DNA of 64,000 nucleotides. Source: a plasmid. This document shows positions 33,567 to 43,596 of the stretch, in pieces. The notes under the pieces were generated by a model. It saw nothing but the letters and a program-made list of their open reading frames with translations. It was not told where the DNA came from and did no database searches. The stretch's first letter is position 1, and every line of letters starts with the position of its first letter. A program made the position numbers and the translations under genes. Location of the stretch: the sequence record NZ_CP014093.1, one strand, 5' to 3'.

Positions 33567-33688
33567 CTAACGCCCTGTTAAGGTGTGAGCAACGCAATAC
33601 CGATGCCGCTGCATACCACCTTAATCACTAAATTCAACGCATAGTAAAAATGCCACGCGTTGCGAATCACTCTTAAACAGTTTGTTAG
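33567..33688 (-). repeat. attC (VCR-like)
   Basis: ctaacgccctgttaaggtgtgagcaacgc...aaaaatgccacgcgttgcgaatcactcttaaacagtttgttagg. Confidence 0.85.
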
Positions 33689-33695
33689 GGCGGTG

Positions 33696-34206
33696 CTAAA
33701 TGGTGCACTTTTTCCATGCTTCTAGCACGCGATTGTATTCTTTATTTAATCCAGCTACACCTTGTACACTCTTAGCTGGGGCAGTTGGAGGTGTACCTAA
33801 TATTGATTCATTCCAATCAACCCACTTTACTCCAGATGAAATAGTTTGCGCGTAGTTAAATGCATTTGGTGACTGTAATTGGTAACTTTCATTTGCATCA
33901 AGATTAACTTGGCAAATTCCGCGAACGATCGTTCCTTCGATACCAACGACAAGATCACCCTTTTTCATTGAGAAAAGAGACCACATTACCTTAGATGCAT
34001 GACCTTCTTCACCATAAGCCAACTTGTTTAAGGCATTAACCGTTTCTAGGAACTCATTTTTATAATTGTTAGTAACTAACGGTAGCAACAAAGACAAATC
34101 GCCAAGTTTCGGCCAACCTTGAGCCACAACTTTTCGATATTTAAGCTCTTCATAAGACGTGTAATCTCGATCAATTGCTAACCACCAAATATTCATATTA
34201 TTAACC
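33696..34206 (-). CDS. cassette protein with a possible PUA-like (EVE/ASCH-type) fold; start at MNIWWLAIDRDY
   Basis: weak resemblance to the EVE pattern (WL..d...Y...l....vaqGW......dls...mKKGDLVVGIEGTIVRGICQV); the Met of the longer ORF lies inside the attC. Confidence 0.3.
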
Positions 34207-34232
34207 TTTATCTTTGTAAGCCCTAACGCCCT

Positions 34233-34357
34233 GTTAAGGGGTGAGCAACGCAATACAGAAGCCACCGCAAACCACCTTAAACACTAAAACCAACGCATAG
34301 TGAAAATGCCACGCGTTGCGAATCACTCTTAAACAGTTTGTTATAACACAGTTTTAC
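34233..34357 (-). repeat. attC (VCR-like)
   Basis: ctaacgccctgttaaggggtgagcaacgc...gaaaatgccacgcgttgcgaatcactcttaaacagtttgttata. Confidence 0.85.
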
Positions 34358-34640
34358 ACGTCATCTTCCGATAAAATTTGACGACAATTACGAACTGTTA
34401 GTACGCGAATTTCGTGACTTAAACTGTAGATAATACGATAGTGACCAAAGATGATTTCACGATAATTCGTATGGGGCATTTCAGGAACAAACCGCCCATT
34501 TCAGGCATACTTCCAAGGAGTTCAGTTTTATCAAAAACTTCATTTACCCACCTCTCTGCCGCAGGTGGATTATCCAAAGAAATAAACTCCGCGGCATCAC
34601 CTAGTTTCTGAAGTGCTAATGGAGACCAGACTACTTTCAT
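34356..34640 (-). CDS. ParE/RelE-family toxin with an apparent +1 frameshift near 34460-34470
   Basis: N-terminus MKVVWSPLALQKLGDAAEFISLDNPPAAERWVNEVFDKTELLGSMPEMG is ParE-like; the next frame continues RFVPEMPHTNYREIIFGHYRIIYSLSHEIRVLTVRNCRQ, a typical ParE C-terminus. Confidence 0.6.
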
Positions 34641-34918
34641 TTCTTAATGCGCCCAAGTACTTGAGCACGCGCATCATCATTGGAAACACCGAGACCAGAA
34701 GCTAACTGAGCTTCTGCTGTGCGCATTTCTTCCAGTAATTCGATTTTCTCTTGCATTGCTTCATACTCAGCAACATCGAGAACAACAGCAACACCTTTGC
34801 CACGTTGCGTAATAACCAATGGACGACGAGTCTCATTGATTTGTTTGATGTATGAAGCTACACCGGCACGAAACTCAGACAAAGGCTGAATATCTTGATC
34901 GAAATGAATACGACTCAT
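34637..34918 (-). CDS. Phd/YefM-family antitoxin (start at MSRIHFDQ, RBS gggag)
   Basis: IQPLSEFRAGVASYIKQINETRRPLVITQRGKGVAVVLDVAEYEAMQEKIE; ATGA overlap with the toxin. Confidence 0.7.
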   Translation of the reverse strand: MSRIHFDQDIQPLSEFRAGVASYIKQINETRRPLVITQRGKGVAVVLDVAEYEAMQEKIELLEEMRTAEAQLASGLGVSNDDARAQVLGRIKK

Positions 34919-34959
34919 ATTGAACTCCCATTGGTACAAAATAACGTACAAATAATAGT

Positions 34960-35778
34960 TCAACTGACTCTTTTGAGCAATAAGTTGAAGTTATTATTCT
35001 GATTGAACATCACCACATTAGGGCTCGTCGTGAAGACAGGTCTTATTTCTGTGCTATCGAATTCATAGCCAGTATGATAAATACCGGTGATATGGATTTT
35101 TGAGAACATTCCATTTCTAAGCCTAGCTAAATAGCCTATTGGCGCAGGTAGGTTTTTAGCTTCAGCTACCAATGAAAGAAAGAGTAGAGCTTTACACTTT
35201 TCGTACACTTCCGAATTAGACTTAATCACTCTTAGCATTTTCTTAAAAATATTTTGAGAATAGAATGGTTGAATCTCGGTCGGTGGATTAGTTATAAGTT
35301 CTTTAATGCTTTCATAGTTTTTTACCATATCAGGTAAAATATGCTCTAGAACACCCTCTTTACCATCCATCTTATTTTGAGGATTTAAAAAGCCAAGCAA
35401 CATTTGGATAACCATAAAGTTAACCATTTTCTCCAGTGCATTGCCCTTTCTACTAACATCAAGCAGTTTGTGGAATTTGTGCTTATGCACTAATTCATTA
35501 AATAAAACAGATGTATCTCTCTCATATTCAGATAATTCATCCTCTATATCAAACTTCTTTTGAGAGTCACAATCAACTAACATAAAACAATCTTTGTTAA
35601 TTGCTATTGATGATATTGGCAACGGAATTTCTTTAATATCATTTTCACCCTCATCTGATATGTTGACGCTATGACACCATACCCTTTGCTTGTCTTTTGG
35701 CGCATTTGCAGTGTCATCACTGCGAAAATTTCTTAAAAACCACTGAGACAACATATGTTGATTTTTCGTATATTTCAT
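34960..35778 (-). CDS. hypothetical cassette protein (272 aa) with an N-terminal HxLSQWFLRNF signature recalled from memory as resembling DUF4238
   Basis: start MKYTKNQHMLSQWFLRNF just outside the attC; RBS agga; family assignment is from memory and unverified. Confidence 0.35.
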   Translation of the reverse strand: MKYTKNQHMLSQWFLRNFRSDDTANAPKDKQRVWCHSVNISDEGENDIKEIPLPISSIAINKDCFMLVDCDSQKKFDIEDELSEYERDTSVLFNELVHKHKFHKLLDVSRKGNALEKMVNFMVIQMLLGFLNPQNKMDGKEGVLEHILPDMVKNYESIKELITNPPTEIQPFYSQNIFKKMLRVIKSNSEVYEKCKALLFLSLVAEAKNLPAPIGYLARLRNGMFSKIHITGIYHTGYEFDSTEIRPVFTTSPNVVMFNQNNNFNLLLKRVS

Positions 35779-35797
35779 AATCCTAACTTCTTGTAAG

Positions 35798-35922
35798 CAT
35801 AACGCCGCGTTAAGGGGTGAACAACGCCAACCACCAAGCCTAAACCATTGTACCTTAAACACTAAATTCAACTTGAACTGAAATCGCCAAGCGTTGTGAA
35901 TCCGCCTTAAACGCCTTGTATG
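35798..35922 (-). repeat. attC (VCR-like)
   Basis: cataacgccgcgttaaggggtgaacaacgcc...atcgccaagcgttgtgaatccgccttaaacgccttgtatg. Confidence 0.8.
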
Positions 35923-36320
35923 CGTATTTTGCCTACTGATTGAACAAGCTTCTTTGTATGTTCACGTTGCATAAGATACATGACTTCAACTAGATACAAC
36001 GGACTAGTTTTAATAGCAAAAATCAATGAATTTGTACTCGACTGAGGGGCTTGAGTATAGATGTAGAAGTAAGCAATACATAGCATTGAAAACAAAAGCA
36101 TCAATGCATGAGACTTCATAATTTCGTATGTAACTGCACTGTAATTAAATCGCTTTCGCTTCAACTTTTCCAGCTCTCGAATTGCGAGCCACTTGAATAT
36201 TGGTCTGAAAATTAGTGGAGCTTTCTTCAAAACTGCTGCTATGACTAGGGCCACAATTGCAGACGGAACAAGCTGTAGCCACCACCAAATATCAGTCACA
36301 TTGTTAATGAATAGATCCAT
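35907..36320 (-). CDS. hypothetical membrane protein (137 aa, 2-3 TM)
   Basis: ORF only; hydrophobic segments. Confidence 0.4.
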   Translation of the reverse strand: MDLFINNVTDIWWWLQLVPSAIVALVIAAVLKKAPLIFRPIFKWLAIRELEKLKRKRFNYSAVTYEIMKSHALMLLFSMLCIAYFYIYTQAPQSSTNSLIFAIKTSPLYLVEVMYLMQREHTKKLVQSVGKIRIQGV

Positions 36321-36407
36321 CTAAGCTCATCCAAATCAGGCAATCACCCGAATATAGCAAATTACCCATTGAGATGCATATACTTAGAATACAAGTGTGA
36401 CGCATAC

Positions 36408-36500
36408 GCATGACACCCTGTTAAGGTGTGAGCAACGCATTACCGAAGTCGCCGTATACCACCCTAAACACCAAACACAACGCAATAGGCTTGTTTATAG
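36408..36500 (-). repeat. terminal degenerate attC with a mutated core (GTCA instead of GTTA) and a divergent other arm
   Basis: gcatgacaccctgttaaggtgtgagcaacgcattaccgaagtcgccgtataccaccctaaacaccaaacacaacgcaataggcttgtttatag. Confidence 0.5.
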
Positions 36501-36601
36501 AGTTTCTAAAAAAAGCCGCCTCTCCGGCGACTCTTTTCAGTCATATAATGATTACCTATTAGTCATTATTGTATTGTTACACCAACTCTTCATCATAAGC
36601 T

Positions 36602-36886
36602 TTAAGGAGTTGTAACACTCAACACTAGAGGGTAGAGCCAATATATGACTGTGGTTGTGATAAGAAAATACTTAGGATCTGCTTTAACCCACTTAGAAAG
36701 AACATAGATAATAAACGCAGACAAAACATCAAAAAAATGAGGCTCTCGGAAGTCAAATATGATGTTCACTACAATCAAACTGATTATTATGCAGCCATAT
36801 AATAATCGTTCTTTCTTCCCATTTAACAGAGTAAAGCAAAGCACCAAGTATGATGCGACTGCCAACGTCCAGATTAAATATGACAA
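36602..36886 (-). CDS. small membrane protein (94 aa, 3 TM)
   Basis: hydrophobic profile; overlaps the upstream gene by 13 nt. Confidence 0.3.
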   Translation of the reverse strand: MSYLIWTLAVASYLVLCFTLLNGKKERLLYGCIIISLIVVNIIFDFREPHFFDVLSAFIIYVLSKWVKADPKYFLITTTVIYWLYPLVLSVTTP

Positions 36887-37470
36887 CTGCTACACGCTCC
36901 ACCAGCAGAGACACCTAAAGCACCACCTGCAACTACTCCAAACTGACCAGCTCCCATCAATGGACCCAATGCTCCACCAAGCGCTCCTGAGAATGCTCCA
37001 ATAACAATAGGTCTAAGGCCAGCGCTAGGGTTCGAAGCTACAACTCCCATTCCGCCCAAGATTGCTCCACCAATAGCACTAGGAATCCAAACGGCTAAAG
37101 GTGCAATCCTTTGATTCACATTCGCTTTTTTACCACCATAATCACGAGCTACAACGATGCCTCGTTCTTCTTTACTAACTACAGCGCCTTTAGAGTTTGC
37201 GACTACAAGCCTGCCTGTAGTAATTACATACTCATTTGGATAAACAATATGGGTAGAGTCTTTTAAGCTAACCACTTCAACGGGGTTTGACGATAGATTA
37301 ACAAACGTGACCTGAGCATCTTCTGTTTCAATGCAGTATGGACGTTCATCAGGGATTTGATGGTGCTCTTTTACCTTTACAACATTACAAAGAGGCGGAT
37401 ATGAAGCCATTGCGAGAGTTGGTGTAATAGTGGAAAACAGGAAGAAAAATATCAAAGTATAAATACGCAT
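36874..37470 (-). CDS. secreted protein with a Gly-zipper-rich C-terminus ending in a Cys pair
   Basis: Sec-type signal MRIYTLIFFFLFSTITPTLAMA; C-terminal GAFSGALGGALGPLMGAGQFGVVAGGALGVSAGGACSSCHI. Confidence 0.45.
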   Translation of the reverse strand: MRIYTLIFFFLFSTITPTLAMASYPPLCNVVKVKEHHQIPDERPYCIETEDAQVTFVNLSSNPVEVVSLKDSTHIVYPNEYVITTGRLVVANSKGAVVSKEERGIVVARDYGGKKANVNQRIAPLAVWIPSAIGGAILGGMGVVASNPSAGLRPIVIGAFSGALGGALGPLMGAGQFGVVAGGALGVSAGGACSSCHI

Positions 37471-37556
37471 AATACAGCCCTTACAACTTAACTGACTTTA
37501 ATGTAAATGATAATGATTTTTAATCGCGCGCAATTTACTTAAGAGCTCATGAGATG

Positions 37557-37574
37557 TATGTGACAAGCGTCACA
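37557..37574. promoter_or_regulatory. 7-4-7 palindrome (ATGTGACaagcGTCACAT) with a TATAAT -10-like hexamer ~50 bp downstream, in the leader of the phage-like operon
   Basis: seen directly in sequence. Confidence 0.3.
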
Positions 37575-37683
37575 TTTATATGCATCCCTTTGGTTATTTA
37601 GGGTTAATAGCGTCGAGGTGTATAATTTGCGCTCAAATCAGCCTTAGTCCACCCCATCCTTAAAACGCCACTCCAATTTTGGA

Positions 37684-38229
37684 GTGTGCATGACATTACA
37701 GACTAGCCGAAAGCAAGTGCCAGCCAGTGCAAAGCGCCTTAGCAGACTTGCGCCTAACTGGTCATACGCGAACAACATTCTTAACTTTGGTTGCGGTAAA
37801 TTTCCCGACCTAACAGAAGAATACCTTACTAACTACCACAACCAGATCATGACGGTCACTCACTTTGACCCGAGTTCAAAAGCCAAAGGCGTAGTGAGCA
37901 ATATTGCCGAAATTGACAGTTCAAAACGCCGTTTTTGCGTCATGTTGTGCGCGAACGTGCTTAACATGCACAAAGATCTCGATGCAGCGATCGCAGACAT
38001 GGCCAAGATTGATTTTGATTGCGCGGTCATTCAAATCTATGAGGGCAACCGATCCGGTAAAGGCCGCAAAACGCGAGACGGCTACCAGCGCAATGAGCCA
38101 GTATCGGCTTACCTCCCTATCCTAACGAGCAACTTCCACAAGTTCGATGTGACCTTACACCGAAGCGATAAGTGCATCACTATCGTAAAAGGCCGTAAGT
38201 ATTACGAGCTGGACGATTTGGAGGACTAA
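37684..38229 (+). CDS. small protein with a SAM-methyltransferase motif I-like NILNFGCGKF
   Basis: GxGxG-type motif only. Confidence 0.3.
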   Translation: MCMTLQTSRKQVPASAKRLSRLAPNWSYANNILNFGCGKFPDLTEEYLTNYHNQIMTVTHFDPSSKAKGVVSNIAEIDSSKRRFCVMLCANVLNMHKDLDAAIADMAKIDFDCAVIQIYEGNRSGKGRKTRDGYQRNEPVSAYLPILTSNFHKFDVTLHRSDKCITIVKGRKYYELDDLED

Positions 38230-38231
38230 TC

Positions 38232-38993
38232 ATGCAACTGAATGAGACGTTCTTTGAAATCCCATGCGATGTAGTGACATTCGATGGCAAGGTGGAACAC
38301 ACAGAGCTAACCGACATCGATCGTGCGGTGGCTGCCTTTTTCCAGAGCGTGCTTGATTCCTTAGTTGTGACTGACACTAAACGGCGAGAGAACAGTGAGT
38401 TTTCTCGCTTTGTTGGCCGTGATAAATCGAGAAAGATTTATTACGGCAACTTTACCGATCCAGTGTCATTCCTATCTAAGTTAACGGCCAAATTAGGCGG
38501 CAAGGTGAAAGCAAACCGTAATGAGCTTTTGCCTGTTTGCTATATCACGCGCGATCCGGTGATTGGGTTTGTTGATGGCGCGGAGTACGTCGATATTGCT
38601 GATTGTGGCGAACTAACCAATGAGCAAGCTCAACCTTATGCCGTGGTTAATAAGTCCTTTGTCGCGCTTACATACCGCATTAATGCCCTAGCTTGGAACC
38701 AGTCTACCCTTAGCCGCCTCGCGCTAGGTTTAATGGTTTGGTTGCGTCATACCAAGGGCAAGCGTAAGCAAGTATTCAGAGCGAAAACTATGCTCGCTGA
38801 TACTGAAATGGAAATCAGCATCGAGATCCGTGGCCGTAAAGATGCGATGACCGAACCCGCCGAAGTAGACCATGAAAATACTCGCCTGTTTGCTTCCTCA
38901 ATCTCTTTTGAAGTGATTGCAGAGGTTTATGAGGCCGAGTCGATCACCGTCCGTCAGTGCGCGATTGGTGTGGGAGGCCGAGTCATTGAGTAA
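38232..38993 (+). CDS. hypothetical phage-region protein
   Basis: ORF only; coupled to flanking genes. Confidence 0.3.
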   Translation: MQLNETFFEIPCDVVTFDGKVEHTELTDIDRAVAAFFQSVLDSLVVTDTKRRENSEFSRFVGRDKSRKIYYGNFTDPVSFLSKLTAKLGGKVKANRNELLPVCYITRDPVIGFVDGAEYVDIADCGELTNEQAQPYAVVNKSFVALTYRINALAWNQSTLSRLALGLMVWLRHTKGKRKQVFRAKTMLADTEMEISIEIRGRKDAMTEPAEVDHENTRLFASSISFEVIAEVYEAESITVRQCAIGVGGRVIE

Positions 38994-39963
38994 CAAAGAG
39001 TACTTTCTCGCCCAAAAAGTTGTCACCAACGAAAATGACATACCCATCGAGCACATTCATTCGTTTACCTACATTGAGTGCGCATCAATGGATGGCAACA
39101 AGTTGGTTATGGAAATTATGGATCAGGCTGCCGTTTATCGGGATGACTACGGGATTAAGCGCGGTTCAGAAATCGAGGTCACTATGGCCGATGTGAACGA
39201 ACGAGGCGATCAGGTTTGGATTGAAAAATTCATTGTGGCCAAGTCCACCAGCGCTGACGGTATGCTTACCGTTCAAGCATTCCAAAAGGACGCGCACCTA
39301 CTTAAAGAGCCAGTCACAACGCCTCGATTCTTTGTCGAAATGCAGCCTAAAGACATTCTGGCCGAGCTGTTACCCGAGATAAAAATCGAATGTGACAGCT
39401 TTGAGCCTGGGGCTACGTACCATTTAAATGCTGGTGGCACTAAGTCTCGCTTAATTCGAACAATGGCCAGAGATTACGGCTCGGCGGCGTTTATCTGCCG
39501 TGGTGTTATGCACTTTAAGTCGCTCAAGAACATGGATATGAGCGAGCAATTCAAGCTGGAACAGTCCAATCCAGAGGAAGCAGAGCACAGCATTGCGAAC
39601 TACTCCATTTTCGGAGAGGAAGCCCTGTTTGAGCGCGTTCTTAACCGCAACTATGCCTCGTGGGATACCGTCGAGGGCTTCCAAGGTGGCCAACGTTCGG
39701 GCGCTATGGTCATGGTCAGTGTGCCACAAGCCAAGGCGCTGAATAATCAACACATGGCCATCATCCCTATTTTGGATGTGGAGCTCACCGGAAATACCGC
39801 CTTTACGCCTCTTTCAGTGTGCTCAGTGCTATTCCATAAACGGCTACCCGCTACCGAGCTGGATGAATCCATGCCAGAGAAACAAATCATGAACCGTGTC
39901 GCCCATTGCCAACGTGGGAACCGGTATCAGTGTCGTATCGAGTTAGGAGTTCGTAATCTATGA
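38917..39963 (+). CDS. possible baseplate hub protein (gpD/gp27 position), by synteny only
   Basis: ~330-350 aa ORF immediately upstream of, and overlapping by 4 nt, a gpV/gp5-like spike gene and a PAAR-like gene. Confidence 0.3.
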   Translation: MQRFMRPSRSPSVSARLVWEAESLSNKEYFLAQKVVTNENDIPIEHIHSFTYIECASMDGNKLVMEIMDQAAVYRDDYGIKRGSEIEVTMADVNERGDQVWIEKFIVAKSTSADGMLTVQAFQKDAHLLKEPVTTPRFFVEMQPKDILAELLPEIKIECDSFEPGATYHLNAGGTKSRLIRTMARDYGSAAFICRGVMHFKSLKNMDMSEQFKLEQSNPEEAEHSIANYSIFGEEALFERVLNRNYASWDTVEGFQGGQRSGAMVMVSVPQAKALNNQHMAIIPILDVELTGNTAFTPLSVCSVLFHKRLPATELDESMPEKQIMNRVAHCQRGNRYQCRIELGVRNL

Positions 39964-40730
39964 GCGATTCGTCGGAGAACAGAACACGCACCAACGTCAC
40001 TAACCGCTTGTTTGGTAGCTATCAGGCCGAAGTAGTAAATACCGTCCATCCGAAAGGCTTGTACATGGTATCCGTTCGCTTGCTTGGCTATTGGGATGCA
40101 ATCCCCGATCAGGATTTACCTTTTGCCGAGTTTCTACTGCCATTGGGCGCAAAACAGAGTGGTGGCCATGCAGTGCCAGTGGAAAAAGGAGATCTGGTTT
40201 GGGTGGATTTTCCTCGTAATGGCGATACCCGCTATCCTCGAATTACCGGATCGCTTTACTACGCGCCTAACTATGAGTCGTACCTACCAAGCGAGGTGAA
40301 CGGCGAAGCCTATCAGCCTAAACGAGCCGATGGAGAACCCGAGCCACCAGCCTATGACCGCAAAGATGCGCTCTTTGTGCGATTTGGTTTGCGCGAGCTC
40401 ATCACGCATCAAGGCGGCTACTCAGTAACGCATACCCAAAGCGGTACGGCCATTGAAATTACGCCCAATGGCCAATGTGTTATTCACGTCGAGGGCAATG
40501 CGTTTCGCAGCTCAACAGGGAACACATTGGAGCAAGTCGGAGGCGCACTAACTATCAAAGTGAAAGGCGATGCGAACATCGAAGCGGGTGGTAATGCAAC
40601 CGTAAAAGCCTCCGGTAAAGCCAACCTAGAGGGTAATGAAGTAACCATTAAAGCGAGTGGTAACGTCAATATCGATGCTGGTGGCCAGTTCGCTGTTAAG
40701 GCTGCCGCAGCACCATTTACATTAGGGTAA
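39960..40730 (+). CDS. baseplate spike protein (phage gpV / gp5-like)
   Basis: N-terminal OB-like region, then a C-terminal run of VKA(S/A)G beta-helix-like repeats (TIKVKGDANIEAGGNATVKASGKANLEGNEVTIKASGNVNIDAGG) as in P2 gpV. Confidence 0.55.
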   Translation: MSDSSENRTRTNVTNRLFGSYQAEVVNTVHPKGLYMVSVRLLGYWDAIPDQDLPFAEFLLPLGAKQSGGHAVPVEKGDLVWVDFPRNGDTRYPRITGSLYYAPNYESYLPSEVNGEAYQPKRADGEPEPPAYDRKDALFVRFGLRELITHQGGYSVTHTQSGTAIEITPNGQCVIHVEGNAFRSSTGNTLEQVGGALTIKVKGDANIEAGGNATVKASGKANLEGNEVTIKASGNVNIDAGGQFAVKAAAAPFTLG

Positions 40731-40736
40731 TGCACT

Positions 40737-41021
40737 ATGCCAGCCGTAGGAATTGTAGGGAGTGTGGATAGTGGTCATGGTGGCTTTAGTCCAGGTGTTT
40801 TTGTTTCTGGCCAACCACTACTGACCGTGAATGGAATCAATGTATTAGGTACGGGTGATATATCCGTCATGCACGTAAAACCAGATAACCCGCCGCACGT
40901 AGGCGTTATTACTGGTAGTTCAAAACTTACTGTTAATGGCGTTCCGGTCGCCGTGGTAGGCGATGCCCTTGGGTGTGGCGCTACGCTGGTAAACGGTAAC
41001 GACTTGATGACGATTGATTGA
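40737..41021 (+). CDS. PAAR-like spike-tip protein
   Basis: 94 aa with three degenerate PAAR-type repeats (MPAVGIVGSVDSGHGG; LLTVNGINVLGTGD; LTVNGVPVAVVGDALGCGATLVNG). Confidence 0.65.
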   Translation: MPAVGIVGSVDSGHGGFSPGVFVSGQPLLTVNGINVLGTGDISVMHVKPDNPPHVGVITGSSKLTVNGVPVAVVGDALGCGATLVNGNDLMTID

Positions 41022-41027
41022 GGCAAT

Positions 41028-41786
41028 TTGATGTTAGACACACAAGAGCAAATCGAACAGTTTCGCCAGTTTTTAGACGTAGGCGGCCTTAAGGAAGCGG
41101 AGAACCTTACCCGAGGTAAATACCTTAAGGTGAAGTGTGAAAGTTTGTCAGAGAAGCTATCAGGCTGCGTGAGCGAGGATATTGAGGACTACCAAGGCGC
41201 ATCAAAGCTAGTCGCAACGCTTAAGGGCTTAAATGGCTCAGTGAGCGCAACGGTGGCCACGTTAACGCAATGGAATGAGCACCTAGTGTTGATCACCGAT
41301 CCAACCGACCTCGAACAAGTGTCTATTGGTGTGAACATCAAACACAAGGTTGATGGTACAGAGGACAACGTACCCGCTCCGAGTATCTTGCCAATTACCG
41401 GCAAGGAAGAACTGAAAGCGCTTGAGGCAGTGATCAATGGTCTTTCCGGCCATGTGGATGCAGCCGTATCTCTTATGGCGCAAATCAATACTGCATTAAC
41501 GCCACCAACAAGCGGCAGTGAGTCAGATAACGGTGCAACCTTACCGCCACCAGACTTGCCGCCGGAACTAGAAAGCCAAGCGAATGCGCTAAACGAGATC
41601 ATGGCTCCCCTTGCTGGTGGCGTGACCAGCTCAAGCACGGTGATTGACGCAATGATCATTGCGTCGAAAGAGGAACGCACCTTAGCGTTAGGCTACTTCA
41701 CTAAGGCGATTTCATTTACCATTTGTAGCAACCAGACGAAAAAAACGAGCATCAAATATGCGACAGCAGAGGTATTTACCCTGTAA
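41028..41786 (+). CDS. hypothetical protein downstream of PAAR (possible cargo or adaptor)
   Basis: ORF only. Confidence 0.3.
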   Translation: MMLDTQEQIEQFRQFLDVGGLKEAENLTRGKYLKVKCESLSEKLSGCVSEDIEDYQGASKLVATLKGLNGSVSATVATLTQWNEHLVLITDPTDLEQVSIGVNIKHKVDGTEDNVPAPSILPITGKEELKALEAVINGLSGHVDAAVSLMAQINTALTPPTSGSESDNGATLPPPDLPPELESQANALNEIMAPLAGGVTSSSTVIDAMIIASKEERTLALGYFTKAISFTICSNQTKKTSIKYATAEVFTL

Positions 41787-41836
41787 AATGTTTTGGTATT
41801 TTGTAAATTTCCTATTCGTACTAAATATTTAACAAT

Positions 41837-42178
41837 ATGAGCTATTCAATTAACCTTAACGCATACGAGTTATGCGGATTATTGTCGCCTCTTATCGTAC
41901 TGACGATTAACTTAGTTAAAGTCCGTAACGAGCTTAAAGCGACCAAGGCACGCCTATCCTTTGTGGTACGCAAAAGCCTTAGCGTCGATGGCGAGTACAT
42001 GTACGATGGATGCCGAATGAACGTGATATTTGATGCGGTACGATACAGCGGAAATCAGTTTTACTTGATGCGTAAAGATCAGGTGATGGCCAGCTTCCAC
42101 GTAGAACCCTATCGAGTTAATCCTGTTCTTGATTACTTCAAATCAAACAAGATAGACCCCGTTCAAAACCGACCATAA
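41837..42178 (+). CDS. hypothetical protein
   Basis: ORF only. Confidence 0.3.
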   Translation: MSYSINLNAYELCGLLSPLIVLTINLVKVRNELKATKARLSFVVRKSLSVDGEYMYDGCRMNVIFDAVRYSGNQFYLMRKDQVMASFHVEPYRVNPVLDYFKSNKIDPVQNRP

Positions 42179-42188
42179 TCCAAGCAAA

Positions 42189-42215
42189 GCCAGCGTTCGC
42201 GCTGGTTGTTTTCTG
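42189..42215 (+). terminator. Rho-independent terminator closing the hub/spike operon
   Basis: ccagcgttcgcgctgg followed by ttgtttt. Confidence 0.5.
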
Positions 42216-42397
42216 AATTGCAGGCAAAAAAAAAGCCGCGAGGTAAGTGTTCGCGGCGCAAGAAGCTATTACAAAGGTTAAAAATGAAGTTTCAACGTTA
42301 GTTGACACCAGTCGATTGGGATGCCGATCTGGTAAAGCAAATATATTTCCCATTCCGAATATAGTCATTACATAAGTACATATTAGTTAAGCTAAGT

Positions 42398-42964
42398 TTG
42401 GAAATTTATAAAATGAAAAAAGTCTGTATTGTTGTTGGCCATAGTTGTAAAGATGGCGGCGCTTACAATGAAACATTCGGAATGAATGAGTATGGCTATA
42501 ATCATCCCCTAGCCAGCTTATTGGCCGCCGAGCTACATAAGCGAGACATTCTTCCAGTGATCATGTATCGAGACACCTACTCACGGATGATCGGTGATGT
42601 GAACGAATCGGGTGCTGACTATGCTATCGAGTTACATTGTAACAGCGTGGCCAATAAGTCAGTTCAAGGTTCAGAGACATTGCATTGGCATAAGTCGGAC
42701 AAGAGTCAAGCACTTGCTCAGCGCCTACAAAAAGCGGTGGCTGGACTTATCGGACAGCATGATCGTGGCCTTAAGCCTATCTCGAACACTGGTACTGATA
42801 CTCGCGGTTGGCGTTTCTTGATGAAAACCAAAATGCCAGCCGTGATTTTGGAGCCGTTCTTTTTGTCTAACGACGAGTCGTTACAAAAGGGATTGGAACT
42901 GCGCGAAAAGCTAGCCGTAGCACTGGCAGAAGCGTTCGCAGAACACATTAAAGAGAGCAACTAA
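42398..42964 (+). CDS. N-acetylmuramoyl-L-alanine amidase (amidase_3-like endolysin)
   Basis: [14 protein letters not shown] and ELHCNS blocks resemble the VIDAGHGG / xxHaDa zinc-ligand blocks of AmiC-type amidases; a holin-like gene overlaps its stop. Confidence 0.6.
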   Translation: MEIYKMKKVCIVVGHSCKDGGAYNETFGMNEYGYNHPLASLLAAELHKRDILPVIMYRDTYSRMIGDVNESGADYAIELHCNSVANKSVQGSETLHWHKSDKSQALAQRLQKAVAGLIGQHDRGLKPISNTGTDTRGWRFLMKTKMPAVILEPFFLSNDESLQKGLELREKLAVALAEAFAEHIKESN

Positions 42965-43314
42965 TGATGGGACTAGCAAAAGTGTTTACAAGTAGTCTAT
43001 TTAAAAGCGCCACCAGCGAGAAAGTAGGTGGCATTATCCACGAACTGACCGAGTTTGGTGATCGTGTGTTTACCAGTGACGAAGAACGCAAAGAGTTTGC
43101 CTACAAACTGGCAGAGCTTGAAGCGGCCAGCTCTAACACATTGGTACGTACAGGACGCGCCGCTATGATGTGGAGCATCGCGCTGGTGGTCGTTTATCAA
43201 CTCATTGTTCGTGACTTTTTGGCCGTTTTCTATGGGGTTGAGCTTCCAAGCTTAGAGACTGACACACAAGAGCTACTAAGCAACGTGTTCGGCTTTTTGG
43301 CAGGAACCCTATAA
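42964..43314 (+). CDS. putative holin (small membrane protein)
   Basis: 116 aa with a C-terminal hydrophobic segment ([17 protein letters not shown]); ATGA overlap with the amidase gene. Confidence 0.4.
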   Translation: MMGLAKVFTSSLFKSATSEKVGGIIHELTEFGDRVFTSDEERKEFAYKLAELEAASSNTLVRTGRAAMMWSIALVVVYQLIVRDFLAVFYGVELPSLETDTQELLSNVFGFLAGTL

Positions 43315-43596
43315 CAACTGAAAATTTTTTAAATTTTTTTTAGATGCCCTTTCCTATCCCCTTTTCTCTCAACAAAAACACACGATCAACGACATAGAAA
43401 TCCCCTGTCGTTACCATTCCCACAAAAGCGCACAAAAAGAAATAAATTCATTATATAACAATAATTTAAACGAAATTTTACCCCTGTTTTTTTCGCAATA
43501 AATCTTAATTACTATCCGAAATTGAGCGAATTTTTACCGCTTTTCTGCGGCTTAACTATTCCGAACACTCTCAACTAATAGCTAAGGTTTATTTAC

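Noticed and set aside
39960-41021. A type VI secretion system, suggested by the PAAR-like and gp5/VgrG-like genes.
   Set aside because: No TssB/C, Hcp, TssK/F/G, ClpV or membrane-complex genes are present. A tape measure, lysis genes and gp25/J/I-type baseplate genes are, so a phage or phage-derived element is the better explanation.
42216-42260. A second hairpin (gccgcgaggtaagtgttcgcggc) preceded by A9, which reads as a minus-strand terminator.
   Set aside because: No minus-strand gene ends nearby. It is probably a secondary structure in the lysis-operon leader, so it is not annotated.
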